NCBI GenBank assembly: GCA_964016885.1
Contig: OZ024751.1
Location: 30,876,001 to 30,940,000, forward strand
From: Eledone cirrhosa
Lineage: Eukaryota
Length of the DNA stretch: 64,000 bases
Direction of reading: 5' to 3'
Of the stretch, positions 1-19,620 are shown piece after piece. How positions within the stretch are numbered: position 1 is the stretch's first letter; each line of letters begins with the position of its first letter. The position numbers and the translations under genes were made by a program. The notes beneath the pieces were generated by a model. It worked only from the letters and a program-made list of their open reading frames with translations, was not told the DNA's origin and made no database searches.

Positions 1-177
1 GGGATTCAGTATGACTCCAGACATCCACACACATTCTTCACCATAAACTGAAAGTAGAAACCATTAACTTGTTCTTTGGATATCAAAAAGAACACAGTGT
101 CTTTATTTTCTTGATAATATTTTTCAAATATTTACATTATTTCAAATAACTTTTGTTTTTTCTAATTCTATATTTAG

Positions 178-6717
<6,540 letters not shown>

Positions 6718-7388
6718 ATCATTTCAATCAAGTTCAAAATGACTCACATTTTATGTTTATTTGAGCTAAATAAATATTTATTTTCAAAACTTATCTCTTA
6801 TCATTATGGGTAAAAAAGTAGAAACAATTATTTGGAGTGATAATGGCGGAGGATTGGCAGTATCGGTAGAGGGTCGGACACCATGCTAGGGCGGAGGATT
6901 GGCAGTATCGGTAGAGGGTCGGACGCTATGCTTTGATGCATAGTTACGGTCCTTGCCATTCTGAGTTCAAATCCCGCCGAGGTTAACTTTGCCTTTCATC
7001 CTTACGGGGTCAATAAAATAAAGTACCAGTAATGCACTGAGGTAATTGCTGGCCTTGTGTCGAAAGTAGAAACAATTATTTATACATCCATGTATGCAGA
7101 TATTTGACCACAAAAACATGCTGTAGGACAGAACAAAGGAGAGATACAAAATAAAAAATCAGTCACTGAGGAGATCACAGAATGGGTGACGAAAGAGCTT
7201 TGAAAATATGTAAACAAACATCCGGTTATTGAACCAACCGGAAATTTATAATAAATGGAAGTGAAAACTAGCAGGTGCATGTGTTTCTATTGGCAGCATG
7301 ACCTTCCCAAAGTATAACCATACCTGTTGCAACACACGTTTTCAGATAAGAAATCCTGCAAGACAAATTCAAAAACGAAGTATACATA

Positions 7389-7717
7389 CAGTTGTCCCCC
7401 TGTGTTCGCGGGGGTTACGTTCCTAAACCACCCGCGAAGAGTGAAAAACCGCGAATATCGGACGTGGCCCATAAAAATGCCTATAAACGTCAAAACATAA
7501 CGTAAAATGTATGCCGTCAAATACGGTATATTGTCATTAATAATTTAGCGTTAAAAAGCGTGATAAAATGTATATTGCCACGTAAAAAATCGCAGAAGAT
7601 ATTTACGATTCCGCGAATATGCGGTGATTTCAACGAAATCACAGCATATTCGCGGAATCATTCGATTCTAAGAAAAAATACGCGAATAACTGGGACCGCG
7701 AATGCCAGGGAACACCG
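7389..7717. mobile_element. Tigger/pogo-like MITE just upstream of COPE
   Basis: TA|CAGTTGTCCCCCTGTGTTCGCGGGGGTTACGTTCC...CGCGAATGCCAGGGAACACCG, with recurring CGCGAATA subterminal motifs. A homologous copy lies at 34188-34479. Confidence 0.7.
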
Positions 7718-7912
7718 CCTCCATTCTGATATATATATATATATGTGTGTGTGCGTGTATGTGCAAAAAGTAAACATGCTACATCTTGTTGCACTCCAAC
7801 AACCAGCTGGTTAATGGGTTGTAACTCTTACATTACTATATTGGTTATGAGTTAGTGAGTGGTTATCTCCCCTGAAAATATTTCTTCGACACGTTTTAAC
7901 ACATTACGTGGC

Positions 7913-7924
7913 TACGCATGCGCA
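7913..7924 (+). promoter_or_regulatory. NRF1-like motif in the COPE promoter/5' UTR
   Basis: TACGCATGCGCA (consensus TGCGCATGCGCA) ends 16 nt upstream of the COPE ATG, in a locally CpG-richer stretch. Confidence 0.4.
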
Positions 7925-7940
7925 TTTACTAGTCGCAATC

Positions 7941-9737
7941 ATGGCGAATGAGTCTGTAGACGAACTTTTTGAGATCCGGACAGCTTTCTATATCGGAAAT
8001 TATCAACAATGTATCAACGAGGCTCACAAAATGAGGGTACACTTGATTTTTAATGTTTTTTTTCTAAATATTATTTATATTTTTAATCTAATTGTGTATG
8101 TATCGATTGTACAAATAACTACCATAATGTGAGAGACGCCGCCTTCCTTGAACGATGTTTATTATCCTTGACTAATATTTTTGAAATTATGAAAGTTATT
8201 AGCAAAATATACATGTCCCTATGTGAGTGGTTCCCACTAGTTATGATTCTCCAAAGTTTTTGCCCCAAAGTTCAAGAGACAGGGTGGTCATGGCTGTAAT
8301 AATACCTTTGATGCTAAACTATAGTGATTACAACACTTATTTTTTACTTATAACATGAAGATTTATTCCAATAAGTTCAGTATTTTGAAGGGCATCTAGC
8401 TGTAGAAACTAAACCAAAACAAAGCTTATGAGCTGGGCCTAGTCACTTCCCCAGCCTGGCTTTAGCACATGACAGCCATCTAATCCATACAAGCATGGAA
8501 ATATGACTTTAAACGTTGATGATGATGAAGTAGTTGTCATTAACTCTAAAATATATATAACCTCTTTTATTCTCAGTTGCATAAAAATATAATAATTTAA
8601 TGGTTACAGAACGAAACCACAAACATATGATATATTCAAAGCAGGTAATACATACATCTAGTACCACATACAACTAAAGAGAGGTGAAAGGGATGGGCAA
8701 ACGAACTGCTACCAGAGCAAAAGATAACAGTATCGTGAGAAGCACTGGGAAACCTCTCTAATAATCTTTTAGGCAAGCCAGCATGCTCCCAGCGTTACCT
8801 CAGGTGATGGCGAGACTGATGTGCTGGAACAGCCAAACACCCTCACAAGCAGCACCAGTTACCTCGGTTAGGCCCGACTTCCCCAAACGTCTCGAACGCC
8901 ACTGGCTAGAAAATGTAGTTAGCCGACAGATCTACAAAATAGCTATGTAAAACCTGTTAATAACGCTAGTATGTATTAAACAATAAATACCAGCCATTAC
9001 TACAGTCAAATGCTTTTTTTACTTGCTATTACGTTATTATATTTGTTGTATCAACACATGTAACTTTCTGTTTTCAGCTACAGAATCCAGATTTAAAAAT
9101 CCAGAGAGATATAATAATGTACAGGGCATTTATTGCTCAGAGAAAATTTGGAGTTGTACTTGATGAAGTAAATTCTTCTCATGGTTGTGAACTTCAAGCT
9201 GTGAAAATGTTGGCAGACTATTTAGCAAATGAAAACAAAAGGTAACCCATACATTTCTGTCTTCAAATGTTGAAAGGGTCAGTCACTTCAAACAGAAATA
9301 GTTTAGAAATTCATATTGCATCAGAAAACTAAGAAGGCATGTCCACAGTCTAATGATTGAAACGACTAAAAGACTAACTGTTCTGTTTAATTTGATATAA
9401 TCTCCAAAAATTATTTGTCAATGTGTGGCCATGCGTATCCACTTTAGAATAGGTACACTGTATCCCTGCACGCCATAAGAAATGACATCTTCCCTGATAA
9501 TGGTGCCACAATAAAATGTACAGTCTGTGATGACATGGCCAACCTTCGCTAACGGAGAAAACGGATGTTAAATGATGATGATATATAAATATACACACAT
9601 GTATATATATATATATCATCATCATCATCATCATCGTTTAACGTCCATCTTCCACGCTTGCATGGGTTATATATATATATATAGTAGTAAAAATAATAAA
9701 TATAAAGACCAAAATCTAGAGAGGACTCCATAAGTGT

Positions 9738-9773
<36 letters not shown>

Positions 9774-12700
9774 TATATATAAACCCGTAAAGCAAATATT
9801 TATTATAAGCACAGATTAATAGTGTATTTGCTTAAATTTTTAATCTGTACTAATAATATATATATATATATATATATAGCAGGGAAGGCAGACATTAAAT
9901 TATGATATATACATGGGAGGACCCTTCAATTTGTGTCAAAAGACATCTCCTGTGCACTCAATAAAACGTATGACCATATGTAAGCGAGATGCTTACCCCT
10001 TTACCTGCCTGGGAGGTCAGTAGCCCCGCTTCAGTACTGACTTGGTCTATGTTGACCCATCAGACCCTTACTAGCAGGGAAAGCAGACACTAATTGATAT
10101 ATATATAAATGAAGGCACATGGCTTAGTGGTTAGAGCATTGGCCTTGCAATCGAAAGGTTGTGAGTTCAATTCTCAGACCGGGTGATGTGTTGTTTCCTT
10201 GAGCAAGACACTTTATTTCACATTGCTCCAGTTTACTCAGCTGTAGAAATGAGATGATAGGGACTGGGGTCCCTATCATTCCACTGCAAAGTGGTCGTGG
10301 AGGTGCCACGGCAAAAAAGCACCCAGCACTCACTGTAAATGAGGTTGGTGTTAGGAAGGGCATCCAGCTGTAGAAATCAAGCCAGAATCAGTTCCCGTCC
10401 CACCCTTGCAAGCAGGGAAAAAGTGGACGTAAAAGGAAATGATGATAAAATCAGGAGAGAAATATTGCTTTGTACGTCAGATAATTAAGCCGATAAACAC
10501 TATAACTGTATATATTCATTACAGAGATGCTATACTTCATGAGTTAGATACCAAGATGACCCATAAACACTATAAGTGTATATATATATGTATATGGTCC
10601 AATATATTTCTTTACAGAGATGCTATACTTCATGAGTTAGATACCAAGATGAGTGGCAATATTGACATCAGCAACAGCACGTTTTTGTTAATGGCTGCCT
10701 CCATTTATTTCAATGAATTGGTAAGCTTGCTTATAATTCACTTTTAATGTTCACTATATCAAACTCACTAAATAAAATAAAATATGTGTATATAGAATAT
10801 ATATATATATATAACACAAAAGTGTTGATGAGTAGAAAAGAGGACAAAACTCTGATTCCATCAGGGAAATGGCCATGTTCGATATGCAGAAAAGGAACTG
10901 GCATAAATTCTATAAAATGCACACAATGCAGATCCTGGGTACACAAGAGATGTAGTGGGATAGCAGGCAAACTAACAGGTAGGGAGAAATACGTATGCAG
11001 TAGATGTACAGGGAAATTAGACAGAAGTCGCATTGATAGACACATTTTTCAAATGCAGGCGGGTGCTATAGAAGTGGTGGATAGCTTCCGGTACCTAGAT
11101 CAGATTAGCATGGGAGGGGGTCCGAGGCCATATTATCTGGAATAAGGACGGGTTGGAAGAAGTTTAGGGAGCTGCTTCCTCTGCTGACGAAGAAGGGTTT
11201 CTCCCTGCGTGCGAAAGGCCGGTTATATGATGCCTGTGTGAGGAGTGCGATGCTGCATGGTAGTGAGACATGGGCAGTAACTGCAGAGGATATGCGACGG
11301 CTGGAGAGAAATGAGGCAAGCATACTCCGTTGGATGTGCGTGAACGAGCCAGCATGAATGTGTTGAGAGAGAAACTGTGTCTGAGAGGGATAGAATGTAG
11401 TGTACGGGAGAGGAGACTGAGGTGGTATGGACTTGTGATGCGCATGGAGGATGACCGATGGGTGAAGAAGTGCCAGGAAATGCCAGTTGAAGGAAGACGT
11501 GGCAGAGGTAGACCACGAAAAACATGGGCGGAGGTGGTGAGAACAGACCTCAGATTGCTGAAGCTCACGGTGGAGATGACGAAGGACCGTGACAAGTGGA
11601 GAGATGCTGTGCTGAATAAGACCCGTCCCACCCTTGCAAGCAGGGAAGAGCAGACGTAAAATGATGATGATGATGATATATATATATATAGGATGACAGC
11701 TGTATAAAAAGGTGCAGAGTGCTCAAAGTCGATGGAAGCCTTAGAGTGGGTAGAGCCAGGAAGATTTGAAGACTTGAGATGAAGTGATAAAAGCTGACCT
11801 TGCTCAATTGCACCTCTCAAAGACAATGACACAGGACCAAGATCTCTGGTGTTATGCAGTAATACAGTAGACCGACCCTCCTCCCATGAGCACAGGCTGT
11901 AGCATACATCTAGTGAAGCCTCCAGCCCACACTGTAAAGTGGTCAAAATCTCATAGAATTGATATTACGTGAGCTAAAGCATTTACAGTGAAAATACAAT
12001 AGTATATATAGAGTAATGTAAATGTTAAAGGGTTAAATGACCAGTTGTGATTATATGAAAGTATTTTAAAAAGAAAGACCAAAATTTTATGTTCCTATTT
12101 TTAGAATTACGATGCTGCATTGCGAGTACTGCACCAATCTGACTCACTGGAATGGTAAGTGTCCTGGATCAAGATCCTTTTTTAATTGTTGAATAACATT
12201 TGGCTAAATTGATATGTTTATAGCCTAGACACTTTACTCTATCTGGCACAATCTATCTTGGTGTAAATGTGTAAATTTATAACATGGGTCGGTTCAAAGA
12301 CAAACCACTGTGTCAGGTAGGAAGTCAGCAAATATGCCAGCAGGCAGGAAAGGAACCATTACTTGTGATGGTAAAAAGACAGAAGCTTGCCTGGTACAGT
12401 CATATATCCTAGCACGACTCCCTGTCAAAAACCATCCTAGGACAGGTAATTAGTTTTTAAACTACTGACATAGAGGTAGGAATAGGAAACATCATCACTT
12501 GAATTAGTTTCTAAAATACCTTCAGTATTTCTAGGTTAGCAGGTAGTAATAAAGATGTTGGGTTAAACATTTGACAGTATTTAGTGTCACTCCTTGTACT
12601 GTCTCTGTTCAGATGTTGCTAGGATGGACTTTACTATACATCTTTCCAACATTTCCAACTAGTAATATATTACAACCAATTCAATAAATTAAAGATTTTC

Positions 12701-14109
12701 CTTACAAAAGTTGACAATTGAGACTTATCATTGAAGATCTCATCTTCCCAATGTTTCTTTATTCAATTGAAACTTATCAATAAAAATCCCAACTTCCCAA
12801 CTGTTCAATTGTAATTTATCATTAAAGATCGCAACTTCCTAGTATCTTTCTCTGTTCAATTGAGACTTATCAATAAAGTTCACAACTTCCCAATATGTTT
12901 CTCCATTCAGTTTTCAGACAAACGACTTAGATGTTTAATTAATTATATATAATGTGTATTGGGGTAACTGGATCATCTTTGCATGCAAGTGTCAAAGAAG
13001 GTGTAAATGGGAATTTCCAGAGTGTCTGTCGTTGATGTATAGTAGCTTCGGATATATCAGAACATAAAATAACTGAAACTAAGCCTGTGTGGGCACAATA
13101 CATTGATTTGTATTTATTTCTTTAGTTCAATTATTTTTATGTTTAATTTCAGCATCGCTTTGTCTGTTCAACTCTTACTGAAGCTTGATAGAGTTGATCT
13201 TGCTAAGTAAGTATTCACTTTTTACTTTGCATCATTATCATCATCACCGTTTAATGCTTATTTTCTATGCTTGTATGAGTTAGATGGGCTGTTGTTTTAT
13301 GAGGCGTGACAGGCTGTTGTGTTATGAGACTAGACAGACTGTCATGTTATGACACTAGACAGGTCAGATCGTCAAGTCTTGCTTATATGATCTATTTTGG
13401 GCTTGGTTTTCCATAACAGGATGTACTTCCTAATGTCATTCACTTTTGTCTATTGATCTGATAGATTACTGTCTATTTAATTTATCTCTCATTCTCTTTC
13501 ATTCTACAAATTTATTATGTTAAAAGGACTTTGGGTTCTATTTTAATTTCTTTTCAGAAAAGAGTTAAAGAAAATGCAGGATGCTGATGAAGATAGCATT
13601 TTAACCCAGTTAGCATTAGCTTGGTTTAATTTAGCTGTGGTAAGAGATATTATTAGTTTTGATTCTGTAATTAATCAATTAAAGTTGAATAAATTAATAA
13701 ACTTAAAATATATATATATAAACATTTTACTCTTTCTGATGAAGTGCAATGTTTTTACGTAATGCTTGCGATTGAGCATGGGACTATGCAGTCAACGCTA
13801 GTAAACTGATATTGTGCAAAAATATGTTAAAGAACGAACTCTAAATAAATTTTTTCCTTCTAACCACTTCTTCTTGCCTAGTTTTTCCTGTACTATACCT
13901 ATTACTATTATATATATATAGGGTGGTGGATTGGCAGTATCGGTAGAGGGTCGGACGCCGTGCTTTGACGCATAGAGTTACGGCCCTTGCTATTCTGAGT
14001 TCAAATCCCGCCGAAGTTAACTTTGCCTTTCATCCTTACGGGGTCGATAAAATAAAGTACCAGTAATGCACTGGGTATTTGCTGGCCTTGTGCCAAAAGT
14101 AGAAACAAT

Positions 14110-14142
<33 letters not shown>

Positions 14143-17100
14143 AATAAAATAAAATAAATAAGTCAAATGTTTAAAATTTGGCTTCATTTATTACTGCTAT
14201 ATATATTTCGGTGACAGCCATCTTTGGCTGTGACCTCTTCAGGCAGTCCGAATTAGTGTGGTAGAGACGAGTACACATGTTGTTGAGGTGTTTAACTTTG
14301 TCAATACTCTGATATGCCCAGTTCCTGACTGAGGAACTGGAATCATATGATTCCAGTTCCTCAGTGAAATAACAACCCAACCAGGAACTGGACATATCAG
14401 AGTATTGACAAAGTTAAACACCTCAACAACATGTGTACTCGTCTCTACCACACTAATTCGGACTGCCTGAAGAGGTCACAGCCAAAGATGGCTGTCACCG
14501 AAATATATATAGCAGTAATAAATGAAGCCAAATTTTAAACATTTGACTTATTTATTTTATTTTATTTTACATTACTCCGGAGTAACCAAACCAACCTGTG
14601 CACTTCGTGGAGTGCTCCAATCTGCATACTGAGGTGTTGGTATACAACCAACATATACTCAAAATATATATATATATATATATAATTGAAAATTTTATAC
14701 AGTCTTTTCAAATTTTCAGAATATTTAAAATTTTAGTTAGTTGTTTAGGTATTAAGCTATCTATCAAACTAAAAGTATTTCAGTTGTTAATAAATATCAA
14801 ATAATTTGTTATATTGTTGTTACTAACTGACTGTTACTCACTTCTTAGATTACAGTAAATATTTTACTCATAATCTGATAAAATAACAACAAACATTTTG
14901 TGTACGTAGTTGATCTCTAAGACTCTTACAAAGTGCTGAGAAGATGAAGTTAATGTAATGTAAAGAATGATGTGCTAATGTGTAAGGATGCTATAAAATA
15001 GGGTGAAAACCTCTAAAAGATGTTAAAAGAAATTGCTAGCGGTCACTATGAGGAATGCTTATTGAGAAACACAAAATTCTAACATATTTGATATGTTTTG
15101 ATTCATTATTTGTATATTTATATATATATATATATATATTTTTAAATGTTTTGGTTTATTTATTTTTACATTACTTAGGGTGGTGAAAAATATCAAGATG
15201 CTTATTACATCTTTCAAGAGCAAGCTGATAAACATGCATCCACTCCACTATTATTGAATGGTCAAGCTGCTTGTTGTATGGCCCAAGGACATTTTGAAGA
15301 TGCTGAGTCTCTACTTCACGAGGCTATGGACAAGGTGAGATGAATACAAGAATTTGTTTTGTTCTCATTTTATATTTCAATGAAAAGTAAGAAGTTTTCA
15401 ACACATTCCTGTATATTTATATATAATCATCTGGCTGTTGATTAGCAGTATCAGTTGAGCATCAGACACTATGCTTTGCAGCATAGAGTTATGACCCTTT
15501 ACGTTCTGAGTTCAAATCCCGCCAAGTTTAACTTTGCCTTTCATCCTTACAGGGTCAATAAAATAAAGCACCAGTAATGCACTGGGGTAATTGCTGGCTT
15601 TGTGCCAAAAGTAGAAGCAATTATATATAATCATCATCATTGTTTTTATATCTACCTTGCCATGCTGGCATGAGCTTGACATAGAATTTCTAAGCAGTGT
15701 TTTATAGTCTGATACCTTTTTTGACACCAACCCATTTAGTCAAGATTAGATATATCTATTCTAAAAACTGAGATACACACAGGATAATAGTATTTTTCAG
15801 AAATATATAATCACTGTTTGATATGTAAGTGGGGGGGGAAAACAAAACAAAATATATTTCGGTCACCTGTAAGAGAAACAGAAGTTTTTGTGCAATGAAC
15901 CAGAAAGAAATATAATCAAATGTGTGTGTGTGTGTGTGTATATATATATGTGTGTATACGTGTGTGCATCATCATCGTCATCACTGTTTAAAGTCCATTT
16001 TTACACGCTGGCATGTATGTGTGTATATGTAAATGTGTGTGTATATATGTGTATAATCATTAATATTTGGATTGGCAGTATCGGTAGAGGGTCGGACGCC
16101 ATGCTTTCCAGCATAGTTACGTCCCTTTACGATCTGAGTTCAAATCCCGCCGAGGTTGACTTTGCCTTTCATCCTTACGGGGTCGATAAAATAAAGTACC
16201 AGTAATGCACTGGGTAATTGCTGGCCTTGTGCCTAAAGTAGAAACAATTAATATTACTTATCTTTTACTATCAGATCATTTGTTTATTAATGAACTAGAC
16301 AAATCCAATTCATTCTCCTTTGGAGAGTGCTTTCTGTTGGCTTACTGTTCAGAATATGGAAATGAATTCAAGAAGTTGAAATTGATTATTGTGATTGCCA
16401 GAAGAATGGAGGAAAGAAATACAAACAGTTGTAAAATTATTAAATAAACTATAATAAAAAAAATCAAAAAAATCACTTGACATAGATAGATATGTAGGTA
16501 GGTATGTAGATAGATAGATACAGAAAGAGTTATATATAGAGGTACAAATCAATGTGTAATTGATATATTTGCTAATTAATATGAATTATATGGTTATATT
16601 GTACAGAATAGTAACAATCCGGAGACCCTTGTCAACATGATTGTCCTCTCACAACATTTGGGTAAAGCACCAGAGGTAAGTAAACATTCTTCTATAGAGT
16701 TTTGTTTCTTCTTCTCCCACTTATTCCTGGGAGGGTCATGTGTGCTGAGTTCTCAAACATTCCTTCCAGTGTGTCCTGTCAGAAGCAATTTCTGCAATCG
16801 ATCTGGCTGGATCGCCTCAGCAACACCAGCTGAGCTCGTGTATGTTATCCAACCATTTTGCTCGGGGGCCTAACCCTGGGTCTCCTGCCAGTTGGTTTTG
16901 CTCATAAAATTTGTCCAGTGATTCTTTCCTGAGACATTTTAACCTCAGTCCATAATATCAGAGCTGCGAGCTCTCAATTCGGAGAAGTAGCAGCTCCACC
17001 TGGAGCGACTCTAAAATTCAAAAACTTCTAAACTGAAACAATCATTAAGGTATTCTCCTATTTAATTATTATTACATTTCTAATCAAGGTGCATTATTTT

Positions 17101-17774
17101 CATTACTGAATTGGCAGTATCGGTAGAGGGTTGGACGCCATGCTTTCTAGCAGAGTTACGTCCCTTTACAGTCTGAGTTCAAATCCCGCTGAAGTTAACT
17201 TTGCCTTTCATCCTTACGGGGTCGATAAAATAAAGTACCAGTAATGTACTGGGTAATTGCTGGCCTTGTGCCTAAAGTAGAAACAATTATTTTCATTGCT
17301 ATTGTCCTTCCTCACCTTTATCTTCAGTTCTACATTCTTTTTTTCTTCCATTTTCTATCTCATTGCAATATGCAAATGAGGTTAAACTGTGTGTGTGTGT
17401 GTGTATATATATGTATGTGTGTATGTATGCATGCCTGTATGGATAGAATGATGTATGCATGCCTGGGACCCATGGTTCCTGGGAGAGTTATAAAGGCAGT
17501 GTTTTGGACGTTTTAAGCCTGGCTGAGCACATCGCTCCTCCTCAGATCCAAACACAGCTAATTTCTTCCAGAGAATGAGAAAGAGAGAGTGGAAGAAAGG
17601 AAGTAACAAAAAGATCAACCCCAGTACTTGACTGGTACTTATTTTTATTGATCTCGAAAAGTTGAAAGGCAAATATGACTTTGGTGGGATTTGAACTCGG
17701 TGCAGAGAGCCAAAACAAACATAAAAAACATTCTATGCAACGTTCCGACCAATTTGCCTCCTGGTTTAAACTGT

Positions 17775-17815
<41 letters not shown>

Positions 17816-17854
17816 CAAGCCAAAACCGCTTGGCGTCGCAGTTGAGATTTTACA

Positions 17855-17885
<31 letters not shown>

Positions 17886-19620
17886 TTTATGTCAGAGTTG
17901 GAATCGCAATCGTGAGGTTGTGAATTCAATTCTCAGACCAGGTGATGCGTTGTGTCCGTGAACAAGACACTTTATTTCACATTGCTCTTTCTGCCAGGAG
18001 TTGCATCTAGTAGATAGTATCAGCAATGGAAACATTGTTTCCTTGGTCCGATTTGACAAGGTTCACCCCACTCAGCAAGTGAATCAGGTCTGGGATCTTG
18101 TTGATTGATCAGATCAGAGCAAGCGATATATATACACTGTTGAAACATCAAGAACTCTGCTGTCGGGCTGACTCTCTAATATATTTACATTCTACTATCC
18201 CAAGTATTGAATACTCTACTGAAACTCTTACTAGTTTAAAACTGGTAAAATCCCGATATCTATACATAAACACACACAAATAAGTAAATTTACTCCATTT
18301 GTTTTTAAAAACATAAACACAAATTTAAAGATAACTTTTTTCTAATTTTGACTAGTATGTTTATATTTGTACATGTTTATATTAAAAACCTTCACTGTTT
18401 CAGGTTGGTAATAGATACATCTCTCAGTTGAAAGACTCACACAAAAAACACCCTTTTGTTGTCGATTATTTACACAAGGTAGGTATTTTATATGCTTTCA
18501 ATCATCATCATCATCATCATCATCATCGCCATTTTACGTCCGTTCTTCCACGCTACCATGGGTTAGACGGGTTGTCCTGTTGTGGGCAGTGTCCGGTCGG
18601 CTGACCTTGTCTTGCTCATACAGGAACTGATTCTGGCTTGATTTCTACAGCCCTTCCTAACACCAACCTCGTTTACAGTGAGTGCTGGGTACTTTTTTTT
18701 TGTGATGACTACACGTCCACTTTGCAGTGGAATGATAGGGACCCCAGACCCCAGTCCCTATCATCTCATTTCTACAGCTGAGTAAACTCGAACAATGTGA
18801 AATAAAGTGTCTTGCTCAAGGAAACAACACATCACCCGGTCTGAGAATTGAACTCACAACCTTTCGATTGCAAGCCCAATGCTCTAACCTAGTTTTGGCT
18901 TTATTAAGAATAATATGTATGACAGAAAATATATTCCACTGTATGTGGAACCATATTTAAGTGAGGTGCAGACACACACACCTGGCCTGTCTGGGAGGTC
19001 AGTAGCCCCACTTCTGTATTGACTTAGTCTGTAAAGACCTATCAATCTTTGCTAACGGGTAAAGCTGAAGTTAAATAATGATGATGATGATGAAAAGGCT
19101 TCCTAAGTGAGCAGATAAAATACCATTTGTAGCAAGGCCAATATCTTCAGTACTGAAGTGGAGCCCTGTCCTCAAGGTGAGCTGGTGGAGGCTAACACGA
19201 TCCCACGCTCTACTGAGTGCGTTTTATTGCAACGCAAAAACTAGAGAAGTTGTCACAACTTAAGGGTCCTCTTGACCCCTTATTTGACAGGTTTTCTTCA
19301 ACTAGATGTCTTTCTTATCATCAACCACTTTACAGAGTGTACTGGATGCATTTATTGTGTAAATCATCCACACTAGGGAGGCTGTTATGCCATGACACGA
19401 CTGGAGGGTCCTCCCAACCCTTTGTTTGTTTGCTTGGCAAGCTCTCTATGGCTGGAAGCCTTCCCTATCACCAGCCACTTTACAGTGGAAGGGGGACTGA
19501 AGTAGTGAAGTTGAGAATAATATATGTTACTGTGGAGTATACTATGAAAATATATTATATTTACAGGAGAGTGAATTTGACCGACTGGTGAGAAACTATG
19601 CACCCAGTGTTACAGCTTAA
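7941..19620 (+). CDS. COPE: Coatomer subunit epsilon (about 300 aa)
   Basis: Exons 7941-8036, 9078-9241, 10618-10720, 12105-12154, 13153-13206, 13558-13639, 15179-15334, 16607-16675, 18404-18478, 19567-19620. They total 903 nt with consistent phases. Translation [28 protein letters not shown]...[30 protein letters not shown]...[14 protein letters not shown]...LLLNGQAAC...HLGKAPEV...[15 protein letters not shown] is characteristic of epsilon-COP. Confidence 0.96.
10110..10445 (+). mobile_element. Young tRNA-derived SINE family A (about 330 bp), representative copy
   Basis: Head with A box TGGCTTAGTGG and B box GAGTTCAATTC; central CCTTGAGCAAGACACTT domain; RTE-like 3' end with (ATG)n. Other copies: 584-912(+), 4043-4377(-), 5219-5545(+), 18503-18890(-), 23320-23632(-), 24520-24868(+), 28170-28496(-), 46315-46645(+), 53353-53688(-), 56905-57235(-). 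Confidence 0.9.
10815..11676 (+). mobile_element. RTE-clade LINE, 5'-truncated 3' fragment in COPE intron 3
   Basis: [19 protein letters not shown] zinc-binding segment, [47 protein letters not shown]; (ATG)n tail; (TA)n flanks. Confidence 0.9.
13921..14110 (+). mobile_element. SINE family B (about 190 bp; tRNA-like head, Meta-domain-like core), representative copy
   Basis: TGGCAGTATCGG...GAGTTCAAATCCC...TTTGCCTTTCATCCTTACGGGGTCGATAAAATAAAGTACCAG...AGAAACAATTATT. Other copies at about 6200-6415, 6845-7080, 15435-15625, 16068-16252, 17110-17290, 20610-21040, 30790-31225(-), 36515-36940, 39505-39935, 42368-42890. The Meta-domain assignment is from recall. Confidence 0.8.
14193..14247 (-). ncRNA. 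Type I hammerhead ribozyme, mirror copy on the minus strand
   Basis: Exact reverse complement of 14462-14516, lying in the left arm of the fold-back. Confidence 0.8.
14462..14516 (+). ncRNA. Type I hammerhead ribozyme, sense to COPE intron 6
   Basis: Stem I ACTGC(14462-66)/GCAGT(14512-16); core CTGAAGA 14467-73; stem II GGT-c-ACAGCC/GGCTGT-c-ACC; GAAA 14500-03; minimal stem III with palindromic ATAT loop; AUA cleavage triplet ending at 14511. Confidence 0.85.

Larger units (their letters stand above)
14140..14665 (+). mobile_element. Penelope-like element terminus (inverted pseudo-LTR plus tail) inserted in (TA)n
   Basis: 188-bp inverted arms 14140-14327 and 14382-14569 (one mismatch seen); inner 38-bp palindrome 14328-14365; hammerheads in both arms; unique tail to about 14663; (TA)n on both sides. 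Confidence 0.8.

Noticed and set aside
10110-10185. tRNA-like sequences with A and B boxes
   Set aside because: They are SINE heads: no proper acceptor stem, and always followed by the SINE body.
10124-10363. Recurrent 79-aa [20 protein letters not shown]...QGQCSNH, resembling a multigene family
   Set aside because: It is the antisense reading of SINE family A.
11164-11946. 260-aa minus-strand ORF
   Set aside because: It is the antisense frame of the RTE LINE fragment plus flanking repeat.
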